Of a stretch of DNA of 64,000 nucleotides, positions 1-12,305 are shown one piece after another. The stretch lies in assembly GCF_009914755.1 (NCBI RefSeq), contig NC_060925.1. The stretch is one strand, 5' to 3'. The first letter of the stretch is position 1. The number at the start of each line of letters is the position of its first letter. This stretch comes from the human T2T-CHM13v2.0 reference genome, Homo sapiens. A program made the translations under genes and the position numbers. The notes under the pieces are model-generated. The model was not told the origin of the DNA, searched no databases, and was given only the letters and a program-made list of their open reading frames with translations.

Positions 1-1917
1 GAAGGTTCACTGGCATCATCTTATGCTTAACAAGTCTGCAACAAAACTCACGACCTTCCTTAATCTGCCACTTTCCAGACCTCTCCATTCCAGTAAATAG
101 CACTTCTTCTTCCTTTACACTCATTTAAAGTACCCTGATCTTTAATTCATAACATTCAATATAATTTGTAAGTTTGTGCGTGTATACACGTGTGTGCGTG
201 ATTATTTTTTAATGCTCATTTCCCTACTAGGTTATAATATCTATGAGAGCAAATGCCTGGAACACAGTAGGCTGTCAATAAAAGTTCACTGAATAGTATA
301 AATATAAAGTTGTGCCACAGTTTATTAACTATTAACCAAAAATTATTACCTGTAACTCACCCTGCTTTTGAACTTGTCAAACTGTGTAATTTAATAAAAA
401 CACACTATCTCGAACAAATCCTTAATGAACATGATGATTCATTGTAAGATACTACAATTCCTCTTTAAAAAAATTTAGAATTCAGAGAGAGTTCCCATAA
501 CTTCTACTAGTTCTATCCTACTAGAGTACTCAGTAATTCCTAGGGTGGTGTGGTAACTCCTTGAGTTAGCAGATCTATCTATTCTAATTATATATTCAAT
601 AGTTGGGAAATAATTAGGAACATTTGATGATTTCTCTTTACCTGTTGTAAGACAAACTCAAACCAAAATTCAACTATCATTTGACTCTTCTAACTTCCTA
701 TTTTAATTGTATGACAACTGTGATAATTAAGATATCCAGGATTTGCTAATAAATAAGATACTGCATATGATAAACTCTGAAATGTTGAGAACTTTTTTCC
801 CATTAATGTCACACAGGTGAGGTAAATTATGGAGGGTGAGACAAACAATAATGTAGACTAAGCTGTCTGCTGATTGATCTGGCCAACTTAATGCATTTAT
901 CAAAGCAGGGTTCATTTGCAATATGCATACAACAGCATGCAGATCCCACAGGCTAAAACAGATTTTTGAGGTCTTTCTGAACACACAGATCAGCTGAAAT
1001 TTACTTGGCTGCTTATCATAAAAGCCATCATCATAGATCAAAATCACACTGTGAATTAGCATTACCATTTCCAACTAGAATACAAAATAAAGGTACTTAA
1101 AGATTTTTTGTTGTTGTTCGTTAACCTTTCACCCAGTGCTTTAGAATACAGTTTACGACATAGTGGATTCTCAATAAATATTTATTGCATAAATGAATAT
1201 GGCTATTGAAACAGCAATTCTTTGAGCCCACCTACTTCTGGTTCCTCTCAGTTTCATCACTGTTAGTTTAGTTTCTTTGCTTCAGTCGCAGTCTAAACCT
1301 ACATAGTATTTGGATCTTGCCCAGGTGTATATTTTACTTTTCAAGCTGGAGTTGGAGGTAGGGCAATAGGAAATGGTTAATAGGGTTTAATGTGTGACAT
1401 GCCTCTAAACCTTTCAGACTCCTCTGAGTCTTTCCATATGTCCCCAGTCCAACAGGCAGAATCTGAGATTTTGACAGTGGGAGTGAACTGGCACAACTGT
1501 ACAATTATTTGTCACAGCAGCCATTCCTCAGTCTTCTGGGGTGAGCATGGTCACTGTGAGAGGGTCATATGGTAACTGTGGTTGTGTTGTGTTTTATTTT
1601 GTTATGTTTGTAGCCTAGCAACAAAGGAAGTAACTTTATCTTATTTATTTATGTAGGTTTCCTGGAGCCAAAGTAGCATCCTGGAAATGCCACATTTCCT
1701 GATCTCTTTTATATCTTTATGTCCCATTAAAGTGGCAGCTCCTTTGAGCCTCAGTTACACTCTTCAACTCCCCAGGTATTATAAACAAGAACTTAGCTAT
1801 CATCTGTGCCACTGAGGACCACAGCCAGAAATCTGTTCGTTATCTCTTAATTTGCCTGTTCATAATCTCTTCTGAATATATAATATATAATATTATATAT
1901 TTTTTTGGGGGGGGGGT

Positions 1918-2091
1918 TGTATTTTTGATCCTCATTCAAACTCTGTGATAATAGTGATGTGAGTCACATGAGGCCATTTCATACAGAAAAACACTGAGGC
2001 CCTGGAGTTAACTAACTGTTACAGAGGCACAGGGCTTAGTGGCAGAGCCTTGATTGAAAGTCTAGAGAATCCTCCTCCTGAATTTGTTCAT
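1918..2091 (+). repeat. Dispersed direct duplication, copy A (174 bp, MIR-derived), ~91% identical to 2893-3065
   Basis: Manual alignment TGTATTTTTGATCCTCATTCAAACTC...CCTGAATTTGTTCAT gives ~15 substitutions and 1 indel against 2893-3065. Confidence 0.95.
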
Positions 2092-2100
2092 ATATATACA

Positions 2101-2109
2101 TGTGTGTTT

Positions 2110-2146
<37 letters not shown>
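2101..2146 (+). repeat. (TG)n microsatellite
   Basis: Visible TG tract. Confidence 0.95.
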
Positions 2147-2150
<4 letters not shown>

Positions 2151-2829
2151 CATATTTAAATGGATCTCAGGTCCATTTCCAACACTGGTCTGGGTATGCC
2201 TGGTCACAGGGAAAGAGTATCTGTGAAAATCTATAGGAATTCAAGGTAGAAGGGAAAGCAGACCTCATCCTAGAAGAAATCCCTTCCCTTCTCATTCACA
2301 CTCACTGGGTCTTATTTTGGCTGCTTTAGTGTGGCATATGGGGTCTGAATGGTTTGGGTTTTGTCAGTGTCTTCAGCCTCATTGTGAGCTTCCCATTCCC
2401 CTGCTCACTGCACACTAATTTCACTACTCCTTTATTCCTATTTGTGCCTGACTCCTTTCCACGCCATGCCTTTGCCCTGCTAGTTCCTCTTCCTAACAGC
2501 CTTTCTCCATTTCACCTGCCAGCTCCCACTCAAACCCTGAATGCTTCTTCTTCGGGGAAGCTTTCTGTGATTATTATATTAGTTGCCTCATTAGAAACTC
2601 TCACAGGCTCTCTTCAACCAGCAGGCTCACCCAGAGCTCATCTCAGTCAAGCTAGTAGTGTATTAATGCTCCAGGAGTTGTATCCCACCCCCAGTGCACC
2701 CTGGCTGATTTACTGAATTCTGGCTTTGAATCAGAGAAAACATAAGGACGACATAATTACCTCCTATCTGACCATATGAATCTGGTTATAGAAATGCCAC
2801 TAGATTAGTAAGATAATGACAATAACAGA

Positions 2830-3065
2830 ATTCATATTAACAACTAATATTCATTATTTAATGAATAAGGCATTATACTAAATGTGGCGGGCTGTATTTT
2901 TGATCCTCATTCAAACTCTGTGATAACAGTGATGTGAGTCACATGGGGCCATTTCACACAGGAGAACACTGAGGCTCTAGAGTTAAGTAACTGTTACAGA
3001 GGCACAGAGCTGACTGGCAGAGCCTTGATTGAAACCTGGAGAATCCTTCTCCTGAATTAGTTCAT
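2830..3065 (-). mobile_element. MIR relic; 2893-3065 is copy B of the local duplication
   Basis: MIR-like core CCATTTCACACAGGAGAACACTGAGGCTCTAGAGTTAAGTAAC...GGCAGAGCC. Confidence 0.7.
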
Positions 3066-3288
3066 GCTGGTGCACTGCCTCCCAGTTGGTGGAAAAGTAG
3101 TCAGCTATGTCTGTTTGCACATTGATAACTTAACTGCCAGATTTCTTTTTAAGGAGTAGTTCACAGCCCCATTGGTCAAATCCTAGACCCAACCTGGACA
3201 TTCCCTGTGAACCCTTCCTTCACCCCTCACTGTGGTTTGGCATGGTTCACAGCTTAGACCTTATAGGATGTGACCTATATAAGATGTA

Positions 3289-3664
3289 AGTGTTAGTCCA
3301 TTTTCATACTGCTTTAAAGACATACTCTCGACTGGGTAATCTATAAAGAAAAGAGGCTTAAATGACTCACAGTTCTGCATGGAAACTTACAATCATGGAA
3401 ACTTACAATCATGGTGGAAGGGGAAGCAGCACATCTTACATGGCAGCAGGCAAGAGAGAGAAGTGCAGAGTGAACGGGGAAGAGCCCCTGATAAAAACCA
3501 TCAGATCTCATGAGAACTCATTCACTATCATGAGAACAGCATGAGGGAACCACCTCCATGATCCAATCACCTCTCACAAGGTCCCTCCCCCAACACAAGG
3601 GATTACAATTTGGATTACAATTCAAGATGAGATTGAGGTGGGGACACAGAGCCAGACCATATCA
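3289..3664 (-). mobile_element. MaLR solo LTR, THE1/MST family
   Basis: TTAGTCCATTTTCATACTGC...GAGATTGAGGTGGGGACACAGAGCCAGACCATATCA; imperfect 5-bp TSD ATGTA/ATGTG; internal 16-bp tandem duplication CATGGAAACTTACAAT. Confidence 0.9.
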
Positions 3665-6545
3665 ATGTGTCATTCTTGTAGATAAAAAGGAAGGATTTGC
3701 TACCTTTCGGAGAAAAGATTTGGGACAGGATGGGTGGGGATATGGGAGAAAAAGAGAGAAAGTTACAGGAAGAAAGAGTGATACATTTTTGTCTGAAAAT
3801 ATGTATGAAAATAATCATTTTCATATGCTTTTCTGAATATTTTCAGTGTCTCGAGAAGAAAAAAGGTAGAGTAAATTAATTTTATTCATCTATGTCTGAA
3901 GAGTACCTTAACATGTATGGTAGAAAAACAAGGAATAAATTAAGAACATTAGCAAGGAATTTGAAATTAGTGACGCTGGGGAAAAGTTTAGATAGGAAGA
4001 AGAGTGAAGGCAGGCACTGGCAGATAATGGAATTGGGAAAAATCAAGTACTAAAGAAAGTGTGTACATCAGAACTTTGCACTTGAGTGATCTTGTGCATT
4101 GGTTAAGAGGCTATTTCTTTTCTTTACGCTGCCAATTATTTTGGTAGACCTAAAGGAAAGCACAGAGATGGCCTGCAGAAGGCATGGGTGTTCAGGGTCA
4201 CAGCAGTGAAGAAGGCACATCCCTCCCCACCCCCACCCTAATCTCACACACCTGAATTTCCCATGAATTTCCATCACAGATTCCATCTGCCAGGTTCAGC
4301 ATCCAGTTGAGTGAAGGCCCAGCTTGGACAATTTTCCTTCCCACCTAAAATCTATTCCTGAAACACCTTGAGCAAGTCCATTTTCTCTGGGCCTCATGTA
4401 CTCACCTGGAAAAAAGGTATGATGGAGCCCAGAGGCTTCTGAGAGGCGTGCAGCCATGAATTTCAGGTAAAGAGCCATCCCTGGACTCTGAAGGCAAAAG
4501 AGCTTTGCTTCCTGGTCTTGACGCCTTCCTGCACTCAGCATTCCTTCACAGTGGTTTGTGCACATCCCCATGCCTGAAGGGCTACTGGGCACCTCAGAGC
4601 CAGGGTCAAGTTCTTCCTCTTTCCTCTCCCCAGGCCTTGGTTTCAGTCCCAAGTGCTTGAGCTGGCAAGGCCAGCAGAGTGCTGAGGTTGGCAGGATGCC
4701 CATTATCCTCTGAAAGGGCAGCAGAGGGTCTGGTAGAGAAATTACTGTCTTCTAAGAATTCCAATGCAAAAAGCATAAGCCCAAGGAAAGAATTAAAAAA
4801 AAAAACTCTTTGTACTGATTTATATTTATTCACTCTTTTTTCATTATTTTATATATTTTTATTATATAGATACTTTCATTATTATATACAAATTTATTGT
4901 AGGAAATTGAGAAAAAGCATACAATATAAAATTTTAAATGCTACCATTATACATCACAGAACTTAATACTTGGGATATTTTCACTTTTTTATGCATATGA
5001 ATTCATTGGAATGGATAGCATGTGTGTCTTTCTATTTAAGGTTCAGTTAAGAAAATCTTAAATAGGAAGACACACATCTTTGAATTTTTTCGTTGCCAAA
5101 TAATCTTCATAAACAAGAAATTTAATGGCTGCACAACATGTGTGCCATAATCTCTTGAAACAGTCTCCTAATGTTGAACATTTAAATTATTTATGATTTT
5201 ACCAGTATAAACAACACTGTGTTCTAGCACATAAATTTCTGTCTCCATTGCCTATTCTATCAGAACAGATTTCTAGAAGTGGAATTACTAGTTCAAAGGG
5301 TGGAACACTTTCAAGACTGAATATATTGCCAAATTGCTTTCAGAAAGACTGTATTAAATTTTACCTTCTCATGTCATTTACAAGAGTTCCTACATCACTA
5401 AACTCCTACTACTGATCAATTTTACCATTATAATTTTCACAAGTGAAAAAAACCTGATTTATGTTCTAATATATATTCATTTAACTATTACAGAGGTTAA
5501 ACCTGTTTTTATTGATGGATAATTTGTAATTACCCTGTGACTTATACTTTGCCAGTGTTTTGATAGTAATGCTTGAACTTTCTGTATTGATTTGCAAAGG
5601 GTTCTTTATACATCAATGATACACATTATTTGTCATATTTGTTACAAATATATTTTCCTTTTCATTTTCTTCTAATTTTATATATTGTTTGGTCTTTTTG
5701 GAAAATGAAAAAATTTTAGAGAATCAGATTTACTGGTCTCACCTTTGTATTTTTTTTCTTTGCTTTTGTGCTTATAATCTGTTAAATATTCACATATTTG
5801 TTTTAATTTTACATTTTTATTTCTCTTTTTTTGTAAACTTAAAGCCTTATATTAAATTTATTTCCATGTGGTTGAAAATCAAATACCAACTTAATATTAA
5901 ACAATACTAACACAAATATGAAAATATAATATTCTCCCCTTCACTCCCTCCCCATCTCCAGACCCACTCCTAAGAGCAACTACTTTTAGCTATTTGTTTT
6001 TCGAGTGATTACTCAAATCTGTATCTTTCAATATGTGTTTACTGTTCTTTATTGTTATACAAATTTTAGAGATTATCTATTAACTAATAACAGATAAGGA
6101 TTTATCATTTGAGTAAAACCCTACTTCTCCTTCCGTCATCTTTCTGATATAATTATATTGCAATTTCTAATTAAATCAATAAGGAGTATTTACATTGTAA
6201 TGATATGTATGTTGTGTCTGCCAAAGACAAGCTGTTCACTGTTATTGAATTTTCTTTACTGGATATTTTTTCTAAAACTTATTATTCATTTTTTATTTAT
6301 TTACACTCATCTTTTCTATGTTAAATCTCAGCTATGTTTTTCCAGTAATACCAGAATGCATCTCTTTCCCTGCTGTCATGTTCTATACCTCAACCACTCA
6401 CTTACAAGGCTGTGTCCAACTCTTCTAATTCAAGATGGTTGTTTCTAGGGTTTGTGTGAGGTCATCATCGTAGGCTTCCTTTATTCCTTTCTGAGATGAA
6501 TCATCTTCTTTCAGGAATCCTGTTCCCCTCCCACTCTTTGTTGTG

Positions 6546-6990
6546 TTGTTATTAGTCTTCTGTTGCTGCTATAGCAAATTATCTCATAATTGGAGGCTTA
6601 AACTAACACAATTTATTATCTCACAGTTCTGGAGGTCAGAATTCCAAAATTTGGGCAAGACCATATTCCTCTGAAGGCTCCAGGATAGAGTCTGTGCCCT
6701 TGCCTTTTCCAGCTTTCAGTGGTCACTTGCATTCCTTGGTTCATGGCCCCTTCCTCCATCTTCAAAGCTAGCAGCATAGCATCGTTGAATCTTTCCCTTT
6801 CTCCTGCCTTACTCATTCTCTAATAACGATGCTTTTGACTATATTGGGTCCACCTTAATATTCTCCCTATATCAAGATCCTTAACCTCATCTGCAACATC
6901 CCTTTTGCCACGCCATGTAAAACAACATATTTACACGTTCTGAGAATTAAGGTATGGATATATTTGGGAAGCTGTTTTTCTATCTACAAG
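6546..6990 (-). mobile_element. MaLR solo LTR, MLT1 (MLT1D-like)
   Basis: ATTTATTATCTCACAGTTCTGGAGGTCAGA, TGCCTTTTCCAGCT, CCCTTCCTCCATCTTCAAAGC motifs. Confidence 0.85.
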
Positions 6991-7137
6991 AGTTATGTTT
7001 AATTTTATGTTTACCTCAACTTTTCTGGATCATATCTTCAAAAAATTTTTTAATCAAAAGGGCATGGACCATAAATTTTCTGACTGTGTCTCTTAGAATG
7101 TCTACAGTTTGCACTTTAGACAATATAAAAGCAATAT

Positions 7138-7350
7138 AGTTAAAAACATTGGTTTCAGTTTGTTTCTTTTGGTTTGATTTTTGACTCTGCTATTTACTAG
7201 TTCTGTGTCTTTGAGCAAAATTAGTAAATCTCTCTTTGCTTTAGTTTCTTTACCTGCAGAATGGGTATATTAATAGCATCTAATCATAGGGTTGTTATAA
7301 AGATTAAATGAATTCATTCATACAGTTCCTGCCACTTAATAAATCACTTA
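7138..7350 (+). mobile_element. MIR
   Basis: CTCTGCTATTTACTAGTTCTGTGTCTTTGAGCAA...AATGGGTATATTAATAG...GGGTTGTTATAAAGATTAAATGA. Confidence 0.8.
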
Positions 7351-7835
7351 ATTAATAGATTGGCTAGGCTTAAAATCTAGGCTAAACATTATTTTCTTGT
7401 CAGAATTTTGAACTCATTCTTTCATAGTCTTTTAGGACCTACTATTGCTGTTGAGAAGTCCTTTACCATTCTAATTAATGTTCACATTGCTGACAGGCTC
7501 TGTCACTATAAAAGCTTTAGACTCTTTTATTTATATGTGGTGTTCTGAAACTTCAAAATGCCTAAGTGCATCATGTTTCATTAATTCAGTAGGACATTTT
7601 TCAACAGAAATTTTTGGAACTCTCATCAGTGTTCAGAAATTCACTTCTATTTGCTTCTTGCTCTTTAGAAATCATATTTGTCAGTGTTGATTTTTCTGAA
7701 TCAATCCTCTATGTCTACTATATTTTTCAGCAGTAATATTATTTCTAAAATTTAAAAACTTAGTTTTTTCCAAGATAATATTAATATCCCTTACTATTCT
7801 ATGATTTTCTTTTTTTAAAAAAATTACATTTAGAC

Positions 7836-8284
7836 TGTTTATTAGTTTAGGTCTTTTGAGAAAGAGATGCCAGAGTAGATATGGACACGCAAGAGACTTG
7901 TTGGGGAAGCACCTATGAAGGAGAAAGTAGAGGGAGGCACATGAAGTGGGAGACAGTGAGGCAGGTCTTTATCTGTGATGGAGAAGGGGAAGGAAAGTGA
8001 ACAGGGGAGACAGCCTTAAATTCTGTAGAGTTATAAGAAAGTTTTGACCAGACCAATGAAGAATCTCTGAGACAAAAGTACACCTTAAAGGAGAACTGCA
8101 TCTCATAGGATTTGGCCTCCATTGGAACCCCCATATTCTCCTTCACTAGGTGGGAGTAGCCTATGGATAGTGTGACATTGCTGCAAACCCAATACTGGAT
8201 CCACAAGGGCAGGAGCTGATGTGCTCAAACCATTAGGCTTCTTGCAGCAGGAAATCTGAGCAGTGCTTTTTCATTGCCACCAGA
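7836..8284 (-). mobile_element. 3' LTR of the ERVL provirus
   Basis: Similar to 10950-11387 and to recalled LTR40-type consensus. Confidence 0.7.
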
Positions 8285-9715
8285 GTCAGTCCCCTGTGTC
8301 TCACAGATACACAGGTGGGGAAGAAGCTGCTCCTGTGGGTCTTTCTTGCGGTTCCCGTGGGTCTTTCTTTCTGAGTGGGAATGGAAGATGGAGGTTGGCA
8401 GAATGAACAGTAGCCTCCATTGTGCAGGTAGTCTCAGGGCCACACCTGTATTCACCTTTTTCCCTTTCCACTGTCCATCTGAAATTGTCCTCACTCTCAT
8501 CTGTCATATCAGGACATCTTGCAGGCTTACCTCGTGGGTCAATCCAAGCCTGAAATCCTGAAAGGTATGAACCCTAGATTGGCAATCACACTCTTTGGGC
8601 TGGGGTGGCTGTGTGTGTCCATTATAGTTACAATGGTGCAAGGGAGTACAAGGAAGCATTCTCCCTTCACTTATTGTGTAAATGGAGCCCTACCTTTGCC
8701 TGCTGTTCACAGTTGATTCTTCCTATCAGGATGATGATGACTCTTATTTTCAGCTGTTGGTTCCCAGATACAAAGAAGTCCATAGTCTTCTGGCAGCAGC
8801 CATAGCTTGTAGTTCAGTGGGACCTCGACTTTGCAAGTGTGCAGAGCCCAGCATTGTGAGGAGGAGGAGGAGAAGCTCAAAATTCCCCAGTGGGTCAATG
8901 GGAGTGATGATTAATGGGGCTATTACTGCTTCCACTCCTGGCTCCCAGGCACATTTATTCTTCCTGCTGAGAAGACTGTGTCATACAGAGGTCTCTGATT
9001 TAATGTATATGCTGTATCCTGAAGGATGACACCATGTTATTTCAGAGTGATGCCTCTAAGCTGGTGCTCACTGTCTTTTTTCCTAGTTATATATATTAAG
9101 TGACTCCTTATTTTTTCAGTATGGTGATCATGCTCTATGAACCATCTCCATAATTTGCTGTGAACCAAGCCCTTTCCTCTTTCCTTCCAAACTTATCAAT
9201 TATTGTGGTAGCACCTGTTAACTTCTGTTGGTTAAGCCACCACCTGCCTTTTTTATTTCTGGGCCTCACCAATCCATGGATGTTAACAAGCCCTAGTCTG
9301 TGACCCCCTTTCACTGTCAGACGTGGCCTGGAGGGGAGAGCCACCACTGAATGTATTGATTCTAGGGCTCCTCTCTGTAGTGTGGTCCTGGTATCCTGGT
9401 GGTTGTGGAGAGTGGTATGTCTTTTGCACTATCTCATTAATCCTTGAAAGGGTTTTCTGGCATCACCTAATGTGTTTATTCTAGCATGCCCACTTCTTTC
9501 AGTCTTTTTATTTGTTTTACCATCTTCCAGGGAAACTCAGGCATTTCCACTTTATCAAGGACTGTTCATCACTTTTTCAGGTGTCTAAAAGGCACCCTGA
9601 CAAACTGGTTCCAGCTTCTGAGTCCTTTAATTCTCATCTATCTGGTTATATTTTAGCCCTTTTGATTTAACACTATCAAAATTCAATTCCAAGGGATGAA
9701 TATATACTTCCATGA

Positions 9716-10133
9716 TATATTAGTCTATTTGGGCTGCCATAATGGAATACCATATATTGGGTGGTTTAAACAACAGAAATTTATTTCTCACTGTTCAACA
9801 GGTTGGGAATTTTAAGATCAGAATACCAGCACTGTTGGGTTCTGTTGAGGTGCCTCTTCCTGCCTTACAATAGCCGCCTTCTTTCTGTATGTATTTACAT
9901 GGTCTGCATAAGCATGGAAAGGCATCTCTCTCTCTTCCTCTTCTTATAAGCAATTTATCTCTCTTCCTCTTCTTATAAGGCCATCAATCCTATTACATTA
10001 GGACTTCACTCTTATGATCTCACTGAATCTTTATGGCTTCCTAAAAGCTCTATCCCCAAGTACAGTCAAACTGTGGGTTAGGGCTTCAACATATTAATTT
10101 GGTGGTGGGAAGGGAACAGTTTAGTCCATAGTA
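9716..10133 (-). mobile_element. MaLR solo LTR, MLT1A-like, nested inside the ERVL internal region
   Basis: TATTAGTCTATTTGGGCTGCCATAA...AAACAACAGAAATTTATTTCTCAC...TAGGGCTTCAACATAT; ~30-bp tandem duplication at 9929-9979. Confidence 0.85.
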
Positions 10134-10949
10134 CCTTTCTCTTCTGAAATATGCAAATTCTTGCAGCTCTATTGGTGTATAATCTCTTTTCTCACTTTTC
10201 AGGCCCAGCACATCCCCAACCTAGATTTAACTCTAGCTATTGACCTAGTGGCCAGGAGAGAACGTGAGGGTAGCTCTTGAGGGTGCTTCTGCTGCCTTGC
10301 AGGGAAGCGTCCTCTACATCTCTCAATACAGGAGAAGTACTAGTTCTTACTCAGGAAAAGATGGACCACCTCTAAAAACTAAGGGTTAAGGGGATCTTCA
10401 TAGCCAACATCCTCATAGGCATCCATATTTCTGTTCCCATTTCACATTTCAGGGCCCCAGATTTTACTCGCCAGAGTCCTAGAATTATCATAACACACCT
10501 GCCTTGCCAGCTCATTTAAATACTTCTGGAGCTCTGTTAATCAAACTATCAAAGCTTCATTCTGCTGCTCAGCTCTATGTATCTATAAAGGAGGCCCTCT
10601 GGCTCTTCCACTTGGCCTTTAACTGCCTGTTTACAGTCCTCAATTTCTAATTATACCTCTGCAGGACATAAATAAAACTTAGCAATAAGTATCCCTCTCC
10701 AGTGTCTTTGTAGGCAGTGCCCCTACATCCTTTATATTTTTCAAATTGCAGAATCATGGAACTTGCAAGGATGTTTCCTTCCAATAGAAAGTTTTCCCTG
10801 GTCATCCTGGTAAAATCTTTAGCCACGAATATATTCCAGGGACTATTCTTGCTCTGTATACCACTCAGAATGCAGACTTTGCCTCCAGGAAGGAGAGGGA
10901 GCCTGTCCTAATACCTGCCACCTGTGTTCTCAGAACATTCCCAGAACCA

Positions 10950-11387
10950 TGTGAGGGCTTCTTCAAGAAGCAAACAGCAAGATTATATGTGCAAATGATT
11001 TACTGTGGGACATGCTTATAAAGGGTAAAAGGAATGGGACCACAGAAAGCAGGGAGAGCCTTCAGACCATGATGCAGCTTTGATGCCTGTGAAAGGAGAG
11101 CAAAGAAAGAAGGATTGGGTAGAGTTTTAGACAGCAGTGTAATTCTCAGAAAATTTTAGGCAGCCTGATGGGAATTCTTAAGCCAAAGAGTTGTGTTAAG
11201 GAAGCCCCATGTCTTGCATCAATTGGTCTGCATTAATATACCTACTACACTCAATCACTGGTAGCAGTCCTGGGACGTGTGACTACAGTGTATACTCGAT
11301 GGTGAATCCAGAAGTTACCTGGGTCCATCACTCAATTATGCTTCTTGCAGCAGGTTATCTGGGTAGTACATTTTCATGGACACCATA
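10950..11387 (-). mobile_element. 5' LTR of the ERVL provirus
   Basis: GCAGGGAGAGCCTTCAGACCATGATGCAG...CCTGTGAAAGGAGAG matches recalled LTR40-type consensus; followed on the minus strand by a PBS-like motif. Confidence 0.75.
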
Positions 11388-12256
11388 GGGCAAGTTTGTA
11401 AAATTATCTTTCTAAGTTCAGTTATTTTCCCATCATTATCTCATTTTTTCCCTTTAACATAATTTTCCCCATTTCTTTATCTCAGTCTCTTTCTTTTTAT
11501 TTCAAGTTTTCCAATATGTGGTGACCCTTGGTTTCCCTCACAATGTGTTGAATTCATTGATGGCTGGAACAGTTGAATAGGTATTGATCAACCTGGTAAT
11601 GAATCTGAGATTATTTGAAACTCTATTTTCCAGAAGAGGAAATCTTTGCTTTGGAGCATCAATGCCCACAGATTGCTTTAGTTCTTCTTGTACACATAGT
11701 TCAATGTTTAAGAAAACTATAAATTTTTACCTGGCATGAGTCACCAGCTCTTCTACATGTAAGGCTGTCTTAAATGACCAATTTTCAGTTAATCCCTGGG
11801 TTTTTAGTCCTATGGCTCTTTTCTAACTCTCCTTTGAATCTGTTATTTCCAATTTTTAAGCCTATAAGCTTATTTATACTTTAGAAAACTATTTTATTAC
11901 ATGGTTGTTTCATAGATGTGACCTGAGAATCTACTGTTTTTTAAAAAAAATGTTACTTGATTAATTTTAGTGGCCCAATATAGAGAATTTCAATTTCAGA
12001 GCAAAGTAATATGAAAGACTTTTCTAATTAAGAAATTTATACTAATTAAAATTCCTAACAGTTTGTGAGAATGCTTGTTTCAACATGTCAGCCCACACTG
12101 ATTAATACAACTAAAACAAAAATAAAGCAAATGAAAATATTAAAGAACAAAAACCAAATTTTACCATATTTACATGTGAAAAAATAACATCCTGTTTATA
12201 GGTAAATCAATATCATCTTGTCATTTAAACTGGTTTCTGGCCATTCAGATTTATCT

Positions 12257-12263
12257 GTGTATG

Positions 12264-12295
<32 letters not shown>

Positions 12296-12305
12296 GTGTG
12301 TGTGT
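12257..12305 (+). repeat. (TG)n microsatellite
   Basis: Visible, with interruptions. Confidence 0.9.

Larger units (their letters stand above)
4850..7830 (-). mobile_element. Fragmented ancient L1M/L1ME, interrupted by MLT1 and MIR; appears to resume ~11390-11950 after the ERVL
   Basis: T-rich L1M-like motifs (TTTCTAGAAGTGGAATTACTAGTTCAAAGGG, TGCCAAATTGCTTTCAGAAAG, ATTGCTGTTGAGAAGTC); boundaries approximate. Confidence 0.6.
7836..11387 (-). mobile_element. Ancient ERVL (class III) provirus, internally deleted, with two LTR40/LTR16-like LTRs
   Basis: Related direct repeats at 7836-8284 and 10950-11387, both with GCTTCTTGCAGCAGG near their right ends. Minus-strand pol C-terminal remnant (EAVIAPLIITPIDPLG, 8935-8750) and gag-like remnant (~10430-10650). 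PBS-like TGGTTCTGGGAATG (10949-10936) follows the 5' LTR and a purine-rich tract precedes the 3' LTR. Confidence 0.75.

Noticed and set aside
727-1074. 115-aa minus-strand ORF
   Set aside because: No homology; composition typical of AT-rich non-coding frames.
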